Below, piece by piece: positions 1 through 10,132 of a stretch of 64,000 nucleotides of DNA. A model generated the notes under the pieces. The model did not search any database and was not told the DNA's origin. It worked only from the letters and a program-made list of their open reading frames with translations. A program made the position numbers and the translations under genes. Position 1 is the stretch's first letter, and each line of letters opens with the position of its first letter. Source of the DNA: an uncultured Acidobacteriota bacterium (GTDB lineage Bacteria; Acidobacteriota; Thermoanaerobaculia; UBA5066; DATFVB01); NCBI GenBank assembly GCA_963813155.1, contig CAWEYG010000003.1, positions 928,001-992,000 of the forward strand. Direction: 5' to 3'.

Positions 1-1
1 G

Positions 2-106
2 TTCACGATCGATTTCCAGGCCTGCGACGATCGGCGCTGCCTCTCACCGTCGCGACTGGAGGTCGCGGTGCCCGTCCCCGTCTCCGCCCCGAAGCCGGCG
101 CGATGA
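2..106 (+). CDS. 3' end of a protein ending in a DsbD N-terminal-like domain (partial, runs off window)
   Basis: Frame 2 reads FTIDFQACDDRRCLSPSRLEV...*; QACDDxxC matches the DsbD-alpha motif also seen in the 44086 gene (YQPCNDKQCLAP). Confidence 0.6.
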   Translation, partial: FTIDFQACDDRRCLSPSRLEVAVPVPVSAPKPAR

Positions 107-133
107 ACGAGCGAACCTGATAGAATTCGTGGA

Positions 134-664
134 GTGAATCTTCCCCATCGGATCCAGGAGCTCCTCGCCGAGCTTGCCGTTCGCGTCGAGCGGCCCACTC
201 CGGAGTCGGTGCTGTTGCCGGTCGCGAAAGAGATGGAGCCCTACCTCGGCTGCGTCCAGTTCAGCACGGAGCGGTACATGCGCCACCCCGTTCTGCTGGC
301 GCCGGAGTGGGAGGTCATGCTCATCGCCTGGGAGACGGGGCAGAAGACGCCGATCCACGATCACCGCGGCGTGATGGGCTCCATGCTGGTTTTTTCCGGC
401 AGCCTCGTCGAAGAGGTCTTCGACACGCCGGAGGACAAGCCGGCCCTGGTCGAGCGCGCCGATCGCGCCGAGGGCGACGCGTGCCTCACGAGCCCGACGC
501 TGCTGCACCGCCTCTTCCCGCGACGCGGTCGCTCCCTCTCGCTCCACATCTACCGCCCGCCCCTGCGCGAAATGGGTATCTGGGAGCCGGAGGGAATGAC
601 CGAGATTCGGGCTTCCGGGTACGACGTGTCCGCCGAGGCGTTCTCGGAACGCCGGCGCGCCTAG
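134..664 (+). CDS. cysteine dioxygenase family (cupin) protein
   Basis: TPIHDH, LHRL and SLHIY motifs; TAGAAT 7 nt before the GTG start suggests a leaderless mRNA. Confidence 0.85.
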   Translation: MNLPHRIQELLAELAVRVERPTPESVLLPVAKEMEPYLGCVQFSTERYMRHPVLLAPEWEVMLIAWETGQKTPIHDHRGVMGSMLVFSGSLVEEVFDTPEDKPALVERADRAEGDACLTSPTLLHRLFPRRGRSLSLHIYRPPLREMGIWEPEGMTEIRASGYDVSAEAFSERRRA

Positions 665-677
665 CCCGGGCGCAACC

Positions 678-1436
678 TCAAGGTCCCTTTTTCCCGAGCC
701 CCTTCTCTCCGAGCAGCGACGAGCGCTCGGGCGTTGCCGCCCTGTGGAGACCGAACGCGTCGATCGCATGCTTTCGGATGTGCTCGATCGCCTCGGGAAT
801 GGAATCCGTCAGCAGGAGAAGGTTCAAGTCGTTCTCGTCAATCGTTTTCTCGGCGACCATGCCTTTCATCAGAACCACGAGCGGCGCCCAGTAAGCCTTC
901 TCCATCACGACGACCGGAAAAGACAGGATCTTCTTCGTCTGGATGAGGGTCAGCGCTTCGAACAGCTCGTCCAGGGTCCCGATGCCGCCCGGCATTACGA
1001 CGAACGCGTAGGAATATTTCACCATCATGACCTTACGGACATAGAAGTGATGAAAGGTGACCCAGCGGTCGAGGTACGCGTTGGGCGCCTGCTCTTTCGG
1101 CAGCTCGATGTTGCACCCGACGGATGGTCCGCCCGCTTCCTGTGCGCCACGGTTCGCGGCTTCCATGATCCCCGGGCCTCCTCCCGTGAGGACCGTGAAT
1201 CCGAGGCGAACGAGCGCGGCGCCCATTTCCCGCGCGACGCCGTAGTAGGGGTGGTCCTCGTGGAAACGGGCCGAGCCGAAGACGGTCACGCACGGACCGA
1301 CGAAATGGAGGGCTCGAAATCCCTTGATGAACTCGAGAGCGATTCGGATGACCGAAAAGAGCTCGAGTCCGCGGCGCCGAGGCCCCTGAAGGATTGCCTC
1401 CGGCCGGGGATGCTGGGGCTTGCCGAATCTGTCCAC
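678..1436 (-). CDS. LOG family (TIGR00730) nucleotide phosphoribohydrolase
   Basis: VFGSAR, TGGGPGIM, PGGIGTLDE motifs. Confidence 0.9.
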   Translation of the reverse strand: MDRFGKPQHPRPEAILQGPRRRGLELFSVIRIALEFIKGFRALHFVGPCVTVFGSARFHEDHPYYGVAREMGAALVRLGFTVLTGGGPGIMEAANRGAQEAGGPSVGCNIELPKEQAPNAYLDRWVTFHHFYVRKVMMVKYSYAFVVMPGGIGTLDELFEALTLIQTKKILSFPVVVMEKAYWAPLVVLMKGMVAEKTIDENDLNLLLLTDSIPEAIEHIRKHAIDAFGLHRAATPERSSLLGEKGLGKKGP

Positions 1437-1460
1437 GGTCGGATGATAATCTCCCCCTTC

Positions 1461-2393
1461 ATGCCGAATCCGGAAAACGCCGCAATCCTCTGCCGCGACC
1501 TCAAGAAGGCCTTCGGGTCCGTTCAGGCCGTCGCCGGCGTCGACCTGACGGTGGCGCCGGGCGAGTGCTTCGGCCTACTCGGCCCCAACGGCGCCGGCAA
1601 GACGACGACGATCGAGATCCTCGAGGGGCTCACGCGGCGGGACGGCGGGGACGTGGCGATCCTCGGCCTCCGGTGGGAGGACAACCCCGTCGCCATCCGC
1701 CGCCGGATCGGAGTCTCGCTTCAGGAATCGCGAACCACGGAAAAGCTCTCCGTTTTCGAGACGCTGCGCCTCTTTCGATCCTTCTACGATCGCGGGATCG
1801 ACCCGGAAGAGGCGATGCGCTTTCTTTCGCTCGAGGAGAAACGCGACACGTGGGTCGTCAAGCTCTCCGGGGGACAAAGGCAGAGGCTCGCGGTCGCCTG
1901 CGCGCTCGTGGGCGATCCGGAAGTCCTCTTTCTCGACGAGCCGACGACGGGTCTCGACCCGCAGAGCCGCCTTCAGTTGTGGGACCGCATCCAGGCCCTC
2001 AAGGACCGCGGCAAGACCGTGCTGCTGACGACACACTACATGGAAGAGGCCGAGCGTCTCTGCGAACGGGTCGCGATCATGGATCACGGAAAGATCATCG
2101 CGGAGGGAACGCCCCCGGAGCTCATCGGCCGGCTCCAGGCGTCGAATATCCTGGAGTTCTCCACCGAGCCCGCGATGGCGGAGGCCGACGTGCACGGGAT
2201 CGCGGGCGCCCGCGAGGCGCGCGCGCGCGACGCCGGGTGGCTCGTCTCGGTCGATTCCCTCGTCGAAGCGATTCCCTCGCTCTTTCCGATCCTCGACCGA
2301 GCGGGAACGCGGCTCGTCACGCTCTCGACCCACCGCGCGACGCTCGAGGACGTGTTCGTGAGCATGACGGGAAGGGAGTTGAGAGATGAGTAA
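1461..2393 (+). CDS. ABC-2 type exporter ATP-binding protein
   Basis: Walker A GPNGAGKTT, LSGGQ signature, LDEPT; ATG at 1461 (the longer ORF upstream is antisense to the LOG gene). Confidence 0.92.
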   Translation: MPNPENAAILCRDLKKAFGSVQAVAGVDLTVAPGECFGLLGPNGAGKTTTIEILEGLTRRDGGDVAILGLRWEDNPVAIRRRIGVSLQESRTTEKLSVFETLRLFRSFYDRGIDPEEAMRFLSLEEKRDTWVVKLSGGQRQRLAVACALVGDPEVLFLDEPTTGLDPQSRLQLWDRIQALKDRGKTVLLTTHYMEEAERLCERVAIMDHGKIIAEGTPPELIGRLQASNILEFSTEPAMAEADVHGIAGAREARARDAGWLVSVDSLVEAIPSLFPILDRAGTRLVTLSTHRATLEDVFVSMTGRELRDE

Positions 2394-3429
2394 CCGTCCC
2401 GCCTCTCCGCTCCTCGAGCTGACCCGCATCCGCCTCCTCGCGTTCTTCCGCGAGCCCGGCGCCGTGTTCTGGGTGTTCGTCTTCCCCGTCCTCATGGGCC
2501 TTGCCCTCGGTTTCGCGTTTCGCGAGAAACCGCCCGAGAGAATTCCCGTGGGAATCGAGGCGGGGTCGCTTTCTTCCGCCGCGATGGAGTCCGTTTCGAA
2601 AGACCCGGATCTCGCGGTCCAGCAGTTCCTCGACGAGACGGAGGCGCGCCGCGCGCTCACGTTCGGAAAGATCGCCCTGCTCGTCGAGCCGGGGAATCCG
2701 CTGCGATACCGCTACGACCCTACGCGTCCGGACGCCAGAACCGCCCGGCTCGCGCTCGACCGCGCCGTGCAGCGCGCCGCGGGCTCCCGCGATCCCGTCG
2801 CGACCGCGCCGGAGCTCGTGCGGGAGAAGGGCTCCCGCTACATCGATTTCCTCCTGCCCGGCATCCTCGGGTTGAACCTGATGGGCACGGGAATGTGGGG
2901 AATCGGCTTCTCGGTGCTCACTTCGCGAATCAAGAAGACGCTGAAGCTGCTCGCGGCGACGCCGATGAGCAAGCGCGACTACCTCGCGAGCCATCTCCTC
3001 GGCCGCATGGCCTTCCTCGCGTTCGAGGTGCCGCTCATTCTTCTCTTCGGCGTGCTCGTCTTCGGCGTGCCGATCCGCGGGTCTCTGCTGACCCTGGCGG
3101 CGGTCTGTGTCCTCGGCGCGATTTCGTTCTCCGGGATCGGCCTCCTGACGACGGCCCGGGCGACGACGCTCGAGACCGGATCGGGGCTCATGAACCTCGT
3201 CATGATTCCGATGTGGCTGCTCTCGGGTTCGTTCTTTTCCGCCGACCGGTTTCCCCGGGCGATTCAACCGTTCATCCAGGCCCTCCCCCTGACCGCCCTG
3301 AACAACGCGCTTCGGGCGATCATGCTCGAGGGTAGGGGAATCTCCGCGATCGCCGGAGAGTGCGCGATCCTCGCGGCGTGGGGCGTCGTCACGTTCGTCG
3401 TTGCGCTGAAGATCTTCCGCTGGCAATGA
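2386..3429 (+). CDS. ABC-2 type exporter permease
   Basis: Multiple TM segments, YIDFLLPG and LSGSFF motifs; overlaps the ATPase stop. Confidence 0.9.
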   Translation: MSNRPASPLLELTRIRLLAFFREPGAVFWVFVFPVLMGLALGFAFREKPPERIPVGIEAGSLSSAAMESVSKDPDLAVQQFLDETEARRALTFGKIALLVEPGNPLRYRYDPTRPDARTARLALDRAVQRAAGSRDPVATAPELVREKGSRYIDFLLPGILGLNLMGTGMWGIGFSVLTSRIKKTLKLLAATPMSKRDYLASHLLGRMAFLAFEVPLILLFGVLVFGVPIRGSLLTLAAVCVLGAISFSGIGLLTTARATTLETGSGLMNLVMIPMWLLSGSFFSADRFPRAIQPFIQALPLTALNNALRAIMLEGRGISAIAGECAILAAWGVVTFVVALKIFRWQ

Positions 3430-4439
3430 GCGCGCCCGAGACGCTCGTTCTCGATTCCGCGGCCGTGAAACAGCTGCTCCCGATGAACGAGTGCATCGAC
3501 GCGATGGAGGCCGCGTTCCGCGCGCTGGCGGAGGGCCGGGCTCTGCTTCCGCTGCGGTCGATCCTCTGGGCCCCCGACAAGGCGGGTGCGATCGGGCTCA
3601 TGCCCGGCTATCTCGGAACGACCGCGGGCGGCCTGCTCGGCCTGAAGGCGGTGACGGTCTTCCCCGGAAATCACGGGACGGAGCTGGACTCGCACCAGGG
3701 CGTCGTCCTGCTCTTCGAGGCGCGGAACGGGCGGCTCCTCGCCGTCGTGGACGCGACGCAGATCACCTCCGTTCGAACCGCCGCCGTGAGCGCGCTCGCG
3801 ACGAAGCTCCTCTCCCGGAAGGACGCGTCCGATCTCGCGATCTTCGGCTCCGGGACCCAGGCGCGCACCCATCTCGAGGCGATGCGCGCCGTGCGCGGCA
3901 TCCGGCGCATCCGCGTCTGGAGCCGCAATCCGGACAACGCCCGCGCATTCGCCGAGCGGGAGTCGCAGAGGCACGGAGTGAGGATCGAGACGGCCGAAAC
4001 GCCGAAAAAGGCGGCGCTCGGCGCCGACATCCTCTGCACGGTGACCTCCTCCCGCGAGCCGTTCCTGCGGGGCGAGTGGCTCTCTCCCGGCGCGCACGTG
4101 AACGCCGCCGGGTCGAGCGTCGCGACTTCCCGCGAGCTCGACTCTTCGGCTGTCGCAGGTGCGCGCTATTTCTGCGACCGGCGCGAATCGACGTACGCGG
4201 AGTCGGGGGACTTCCTGTTCGCGAAGCGCGAGGGCGCCGTGACCGACGAGCATGTCCTCGGCGAAATCGGCGAGCTGCTCACGGGTCGTTGCGAGGGAAG
4301 GACGTCGCCGCTGGACGTCACGCTTTTCAAGTCGCTCGGTCTCGCGATCGAAGATCTCGCGGCCGCCGGCCACGTCTACGAGAAGGCGCGAGCGAGCGGG
4401 GCGGGCACCGCTCTTCCGATCGGCGGCGCCCGGGAATGA
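3426..4439 (+). CDS. ornithine cyclodeaminase / mu-crystallin family protein
   Basis: GLKAVTVFPGN, TSVRTAA, GSGTQA, FKSLGLAIEDL; ATGA overlap with the permease. Confidence 0.9.
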   Translation: MSAPETLVLDSAAVKQLLPMNECIDAMEAAFRALAEGRALLPLRSILWAPDKAGAIGLMPGYLGTTAGGLLGLKAVTVFPGNHGTELDSHQGVVLLFEARNGRLLAVVDATQITSVRTAAVSALATKLLSRKDASDLAIFGSGTQARTHLEAMRAVRGIRRIRVWSRNPDNARAFAERESQRHGVRIETAETPKKAALGADILCTVTSSREPFLRGEWLSPGAHVNAAGSSVATSRELDSSAVAGARYFCDRRESTYAESGDFLFAKREGAVTDEHVLGEIGELLTGRCEGRTSPLDVTLFKSLGLAIEDLAAAGHVYEKARASGAGTALPIGGARE

Positions 4440-5405
4440 AACCCCTCGGCCCGATTCCCCTCGGGGAGATCCGGGCGGCGGCCGAAAGGATCCGGGGATT
4501 CGCCGTCCGAACGCCGGCCGTGCGCCTGAACGCCGACATCTCGGATCGAGACGTCGAGATCTACCTGAAGCTCGAAAACCTCCAGCCCATCGGGTCGTTC
4601 AAGATCCGGGGAGCCTCGAACGCGATGACACTCGCGCCGCGCGAGGCTCTGGCCCGAGGCGTCTACACCGCGAGCGCCGGCAACATGGCCCAGGGCGTCG
4701 CCTACGGCGCGCGGCGGCTCGGACGTCCCGTGCACGGTGATCGTTCCGGAGCACGCGCCCGAGGCGAAGCTCGCGGCGATCACCCGGCTCGGCGGAAAAA
4801 TCGAAAAACTCCCGTTCGACCGGTGGTGGCAGGTGCTCGTCGACCACGGGACTTCCGGCCGCAAAGAGTTCTTCGTGCATCCCGTCAGCGATCCCGCCGT
4901 GATCGCGGGAAACGGAACGATCGGGCTCGAAATTCTCGAAGACGTGCCGGACGCCGACACGATCCTCGTGCCGTACGGCGGCGGAGGGTTGAGCTGCGGA
5001 ATCGCGTCGGCCGTTCGCGCGTTGAAGCCCGACGTCCGCGTCTACGGCTGCGAGGTCGAGACGGCCGCGCCGCTTGCCGCTTCTCTCCCGGCCGGCGAGC
5101 CCCGGGATGTCTCCTACACGCCGAGCTTCGTCGACGGGATCGGGGCGCGCGGCCTTCTGGCCGAGATGTGGCCCCTCGTTCGCGAGCTCCTCTCCGGATC
5201 GATCGTCTCGAGCGTTTCGGACATTGCCGCGGCCGTGAAACTCGTGGCCGAGCGCAACCGAGTGATTGCCGAAGGCGCCGCCGGCGCGGCCGTCGCGGCG
5301 GCCCTGTCCGGAAAGGTCCCGGGAAGGAAGATCGTGTGCGTCGTCTCGGGAGGAAACATCGACTCCGCGAAGCTCGCGGACATCCTGAACGGAGAGATCC
5401 CCTAG
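4436..5405 (+). CDS. PLP-dependent threonine/serine dehydratase (frameshift near 4725, probably a sequencing error)
   Basis: KLENLQPIGSFKIRG and SAGNMAQG in one frame; PYGGGGL and SGGN in the next (4737..5405). Confidence 0.85.
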
Positions 5406-5412
5406 GGAGGGA

Positions 5413-5799
5413 TCAGCCGAACAGGACCCACCGTCCGCCGCCGGTCGCGATGACGACGAGGTTCATGACGACGAGCATCAGGTCGTAGTGCCAGCCGTTC
5501 CCCTTTTTGCCCCAGAAACCCGTGTGCCAGACGAAGATTTTCTTCTGGATCGCGCCGAGCATCACGAGGATCAGGCCGGCCGCCGCGAATTGAGAGAGCA
5601 CGCCGAACGCGACACCGAGGCTGCCCGCGAGCTCGGCGACGCCGAGAAACCGCGTGAAATTCGGGCTCATGCCAATGTTCTCGGCTCGTTTCACGGGATC
5701 GCTCGCGTGGCCCCATCCGCTCCAGCCGAACACGATCGCGATCATGAGCCGCAGCGCCAGGAGGGCAGCGTCGGCGCAGGCGGCCGGAAGGTGGATCAT
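5413..5799 (-). CDS. DoxX family membrane protein
   Basis: 128 aa with 3-4 TM segments; LALRL and AELAGSLG patterns. Confidence 0.8.
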   Translation of the reverse strand: MIHLPAACADAALLALRLMIAIVFGWSGWGHASDPVKRAENIGMSPNFTRFLGVAELAGSLGVAFGVLSQFAAAGLILVMLGAIQKKIFVWHTGFWGKKGNGWHYDLMLVVMNLVVIATGGGRWVLFG

Positions 5800-5808
5800 C
5801 GATCCAGT

Positions 5809-6723
5809 CTATCTCCCCTCGCCCGAACTCCCCTTGCGCTCCTCCAGCTCCTCGAGAGTCTTCGGCCAGTCGGCGCGCAGGAGCCGGGAGAGCGCGCGGT
5901 CGGCGAGCAGCCGCCCTCCGGTCTGACATTGCGGGCAATAGTTCGCCTCGTTCTCCGCGTACACGATTCGCTGGACGGGAGTTCCGCACGCGGGACACGG
6001 CTTTCCATACCGGCCATGGACCGCCATTCCCTCCCGAAACGCCGTGACCTTTTCCGGCAGGCTTCCGCCGGACTCGCGGCGCAGGCGGTCGGTCCACTGT
6101 TCGAGCGTTTGCCGCGCCGCGTCTCCGAGACGGCCGGCCTCCTCCGGCGAGAGCTTCGAGGTCAGCTTCAGGGGCGAGAGACGCGCGGCGTGGAGGATCT
6201 CGTCCGAATACGCGTTTCCGATCCCGGAAAAAAGACGCGGGTCGGTGAGCGCGCGCTTGAGCGTGTGGTTTTCCGAACGGAGCGCGGCCTCGAACTCCTT
6301 CGGAGTGGCGCCGAGCGGCTCGATCCCGCCGCGCGACAACGCGGCGAGGGACTCGCCTCCCGAGACGAGGTGAATCGACGCGCGCTTCTTCTGGCTCGCC
6401 TCCGTCAGGAGGAGCGTGCCGCGCTCGAAATCGAGCGCGGCCAGGTGGATCCGGCCGCCGATCTTCGCGCCGCGCGGCTTCCAATGGAAGCGGCCGGCGA
6501 TCATCAGGTGGACAACGAGGAAGAGATCCCCCTCCAGAGCGAACACGATCCGCTTCCCGAGCCTCGAGACGGACAGGATCTTCTTCCCTTCGGCGGACCC
6601 GATGGGAGGATCGAACGAACGCACGACGAACGGGCTCTTGATCCGGATTTTCTCGAGGATCTTCCCTGCGAGCATTTTGTCGAGGGTCTCGACGTAGACG
6701 ACGACGTCCGGCAACTCCGGCAT
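5809..6723 (-). CDS. Fpg/Nei family DNA glycosylase/AP lyase
   Basis: N-terminal MPELPDV, HLMIAG, GIGNAYSDE (H2TH), C-terminal CPAC...CPQCQ zinc finger. Confidence 0.92.
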   Translation of the reverse strand: MPELPDVVVYVETLDKMLAGKILEKIRIKSPFVVRSFDPPIGSAEGKKILSVSRLGKRIVFALEGDLFLVVHLMIAGRFHWKPRGAKIGGRIHLAALDFERGTLLLTEASQKKRASIHLVSGGESLAALSRGGIEPLGATPKEFEAALRSENHTLKRALTDPRLFSGIGNAYSDEILHAARLSPLKLTSKLSPEEAGRLGDAARQTLEQWTDRLRRESGGSLPEKVTAFREGMAVHGRYGKPCPACGTPVQRIVYAENEANYCPQCQTGGRLLADRALSRLLRADWPKTLEELEERKGSSGEGR

Positions 6724-6779
6724 GTGGAGAATGCTGTCACAAGAGAGCCTTGATGGAATAATCGAGTCATGGTGCGTCC

Positions 6780-7555
6780 ATGAGCCCCTGGCAAATCGGG
6801 ACGATGCTCGCTTCCGCGGCCGCGGCGGGAATGATGAACGCGATGGCGGGCGGCGGCACGATCCTGACGTTCCCGGTCCTCCTTCTTCTCGGCGAATCGG
6901 CGATCACCGCGAACGCGACCTCGACCGTCGCACTCCTGCCGGGAGCGGCCGCGAGCATGGCGGGTTACCGCCGCGAGGTCGCCGACCACCGCCGCTGGCT
7001 GAAGACGCTTCTCCTTCCGAGCCTCATCGGCGGCGCGATCGGCTCGGTGCTGCTGCTCCGGACGCCCGAGCATGCGTTCGAGAAAGCTCGCTCCGTTTCT
7101 CATCCTCTTCGCGACGCTGCTTTTCCTCGTCCAGGGAGTGATTTCCCGCTGGAGCCGGGCTCACCATCCCGAGCGGCCGTCGCGCGCGCGGTTCGTTGCG
7201 ATCTCGCTCGTGCAGTTCGGGGTCGCGATCTACGGCGGATACTTCGGCGCGGGGATCGGCATTCTGATGCTGGCGGCGCTGGGGTTCCTCGGGCTCTCCG
7301 ACATCCATGCGATGAACGGCCTCAAGAACTTCTTCGGCATGTGCGTCAACGCCGTCGCCGCGGCGCTACTTCATCTTTCGCGGCGCGGTCGACTGGCCCG
7401 CGGCTCTCCTCATGGCGGGCGCGGCGATCGCGGGAGGCTACGGCGGGGCGAGATTCGCCCGCCGGATCGGCCGCGATCGCGCGAGGAAGGCCGTCGTCGT
7501 CATCGGTTTCGCGATCACCGCGCTTCTGCTCCTTCGAAGAGGGCTATGGAAATAA
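6780..7555 (+). CDS. TauE/SafE (TSUP) family sulfite exporter (frameshifts near 7090 and 7370)
   Basis: NAMAGGG, ANATST and YGGYFGAGIG motifs spread over three frames; last frame ends ...LLLRRGLWK* at 7555. Confidence 0.8.
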
Positions 7556-7594
7556 CGACAGCGGCGATGGATCTCGAACGGAGGACGCCGGCCT

Positions 7595-8326
7595 TCAGTA
7601 TCCGAGCGCTCTGGGCACGAAGGTTCCCAGGAGATAGCCGCCGCCTCCGGTGAATGCTCCAACGGCGAGGACCTCGATCGCGCTTCGCACAAGGTTGATT
7701 TTTGCCAGCTGCCCTCGAACGCATCCAATGCCGGCCAGCACGAGAAAGGTCAATCCGACCGAGACGGGAAGGGCCGCGTGGACCGGAAGGAGAAAATACG
7801 GCAAGAGCGGGACGAGCGAGCCGATGAGATACGACGTGCCGATGGTGATCCCTTCGGCGATCTGAACGGTTTTCGGCTCGGAGTCGATCCCGAGCTCTTT
7901 TTCCATCATCGTCCTCGCAAAAGCGGTGGGACTCGCCTGAAGTTTTCCCGCGATCAGTTGGGCGTCTGCTTTTTGCACCCCTTCGTTCTCGAAAAGAAGC
8001 GCGAGCTCCTCCCGCTCGTATTCAGGATTTTCCCGGATGCTGCGGTGTTCTGCCTGGATTTCCGACTGCTGGACCTGCGCTTCGGCACGGTTCGAGAGAA
8101 ACTCGCCGGCTCCCATCGAGAGCGCCCCGGCGAACGCTTCCGCGAGGCCGGCGGCGATGACGGCCCGGATGCTCCCGGTGCCCCCCGCCATGGCACTGAC
8201 AACCCCGAGCGGGACCAATAACCCGTCCATTGAGCCGAAAACGAATTGCCGAATCCGGCCTCGACGTTCGACCCGAGCCCTTTCGCCGAGAATCTTTCTC
8301 TTCTCGGCGGCTGATATCTCCGCCAT
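7595..8326 (-). CDS. VIT1/CCC1 family iron/manganese transporter
   Basis: VFGSMDGL, AGALSMGAGEFLS, Glu-rich metal-binding region, GSLVPLLPY. Confidence 0.9.
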   Translation of the reverse strand: MAEISAAEKRKILGERARVERRGRIRQFVFGSMDGLLVPLGVVSAMAGGTGSIRAVIAAGLAEAFAGALSMGAGEFLSNRAEAQVQQSEIQAEHRSIRENPEYEREELALLFENEGVQKADAQLIAGKLQASPTAFARTMMEKELGIDSEPKTVQIAEGITIGTSYLIGSLVPLLPYFLLPVHAALPVSVGLTFLVLAGIGCVRGQLAKINLVRSAIEVLAVGAFTGGGGYLLGTFVPRALGY

Positions 8327-8379
8327 GTTCATCCCCCGTTCAAGACAGTCCATTTCACACCCGGCGCGGAAACGCGCCT

Positions 8380-8395
8380 CGATGTATTTGCATCA
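8380..8395 (+). promoter_or_regulatory. candidate regulator box CGATG-TATTTG-CATCA, followed by -10 TATGGT (8418-8423)
   Basis: Near-palindrome that recurs in island intergenic regions; 22 nt gap to the -10-like hexamer. Confidence 0.55.
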
Positions 8396-8442
8396 GGCAA
8401 GGGCAGGACGGCGTGGCTATGGTCGGAGGCGGAGGAAACGCC

Positions 8443-9702
8443 ATGATGTCAGCCGTCGAGCTCGAGATCGAGCTCTTTTGCCGCGGAATTCGCGTTCGTC
8501 TGGAGGATCTCCGGGGCGAGGACGCCCGCCGCATCGCGCGGACAAGAGCCGGCCTCGGCTCGGGTCTCGAGCTCGTGATCCCGAACCGGAAAAAGAAGAT
8601 ATGGGTCAACGTTCCCGTCGCCGAGCCGTTCGCCGGGAAATCGCCGTTCCTCCTGGTCACGACGGGGAAGGTCCCGTTCGTCCACGACGAGCGGAACGGA
8701 GCCGAGTATCCCGTCGAAATCCCTTCTGAGCCGGCCTGGTACTCGCGAAGCACTGCTTCCGGGGTCGAAATGAGCCGAATCGGCGTGCTACAGGGGAACT
8801 ATCTCGGCATTTACGTTTCCAACGCGTGCCTCTACTGGGCCTCGAGCCCTTCCCGCGCGTGCAAGTTCTGCACGACGGGAAGAAACCTCGGGGTCTCGGA
8901 ACAATCGCGAAAGAAGGTCGAAGACGTCGTCGAGGTGGCCCGAGCGGCTCGGAAAGAATCCGGCTCGATTTTCACCCACTTCAACACCGGCTACCACTAC
9001 GAAGAGGTCGACCGGCTCGAGCCCATCCACGGCCTCCGGCAGGCGGAACCGTTCGTTCGCGCCGTTCGTCGGGAGGTCGGTGGATTCATCGGAGTGCAGG
9101 CGCATCCGGTGCCCCGTCGCAAGTTCGGCGAGTATGACGCGTTGATCGAGGCCGGCACGGACCACTTCTCGTTCTGCTATGAATTCGAAGACCCGGAAAC
9201 GTTTGCGCGGCTGTGCCCCGGCAAGGCGCAGACCGTCGGCCAGAAGGGTTTCTTCGAAGCGATGGAGTACACGGCGGCCGCGCTCGGCCGCGGACGCGTG
9301 TCGGGGGAGATCATCGCGGGTCCCGAGTCGATCGACGCGACCAAGCGCGGCATCGACCGGATCGTCGACGCGGGAGCTTTCCCGACCGTCTGCATCTTCC
9401 GCCCGACGCTCGGGAGCGAAATGGAGAACGTTCCGCCGCCGGATCCCGAGGCGATGAAAGAAGTCTTCGCATACCTGTATTCCGCCTGCCGCCGCGCCGG
9501 ACTGCCGATCGGCATCCTCCCGATCGAAGTTTCCCTCGTCGTTCAGCCGGAGGAGGCCGTCGAGCTCGTCAAAGACGGATTTTCGACGCGAGTGTACGAG
9601 GCAAAGCTTTCGTTGATTCGGACCCTCGCGAAGCCCTACATCGCTTGGAAGACGAGGCTCCGCGCTGCGTCGAGCCCTCGAGCTAATTCCCCGGCCTCCT
9701 GA
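8443..9702 (+). CDS. radical SAM protein with expanded CX10CX2C motif (MSMEG_0568-like)
   Basis: CLYWASSPSRACKFC; RTRAGLGSG; CPGK; FRPTLGS; GGAGGA RBS before ATG 8443. Confidence 0.8.
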   Translation: MMSAVELEIELFCRGIRVRLEDLRGEDARRIARTRAGLGSGLELVIPNRKKKIWVNVPVAEPFAGKSPFLLVTTGKVPFVHDERNGAEYPVEIPSEPAWYSRSTASGVEMSRIGVLQGNYLGIYVSNACLYWASSPSRACKFCTTGRNLGVSEQSRKKVEDVVEVARAARKESGSIFTHFNTGYHYEEVDRLEPIHGLRQAEPFVRAVRREVGGFIGVQAHPVPRRKFGEYDALIEAGTDHFSFCYEFEDPETFARLCPGKAQTVGQKGFFEAMEYTAAALGRGRVSGEIIAGPESIDATKRGIDRIVDAGAFPTVCIFRPTLGSEMENVPPPDPEAMKEVFAYLYSACRRAGLPIGILPIEVSLVVQPEEAVELVKDGFSTRVYEAKLSLIRTLAKPYIAWKTRLRAASSPRANSPAS

Positions 9703-10132
9703 GCGTCCTCATGTAACGCACGACTTCCAGGATCTGGCGATCCGAAAGTGTGCGTCCGTACGGAGGCATAAGCGGAGAAAGGCCGATGCCGTTGCCACCG
9801 CGTCGGACCGCGTCCTCGAGCTGCTCGTCGAGGCGGCTCTTCTGGAACGCGGGGTCCGAGAGATCCTTTGGCTTCGGATCGAGGTTGAACGCATTGAAGC
9901 CGTCGCCCGCCCCGGTCTCGCCATGGCAGGTCTGGCAGTAGTAGGCAAAGACCATTTTCGCCAGCCGCAGCTCGTAGGAGGCCGAAGGGGCGGGGGATGG
10001 GGCCTCGGGGCTCTGCAGGTTGTTCGCGACGTTGGCAGCCACGTTTTTCGAGACCCGCGCGCCGACCGACCGCCGGCCGCATCCGGAGCCGGAAATCAGG
10101 ATGAGCGCGGCCGCGAGAAGTCGCGCCTTCAT
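9683..10132 (-). CDS. lipoprotein monoheme class I cytochrome c
   Basis: Signal peptide with lipobox GSGC, CQTCH, distal Met in LMPPY; overlaps the octaheme gene stop. Confidence 0.85.
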   Translation of the reverse strand: MKARLLAAALILISGSGCGRRSVGARVSKNVAANVANNLQSPEAPSPAPSASYELRLAKMVFAYYCQTCHGETGAGDGFNAFNLDPKPKDLSDPAFQKSRLDEQLEDAVRRGGNGIGLSPLMPPYGRTLSDRQILEVVRYMRTLRRPGN

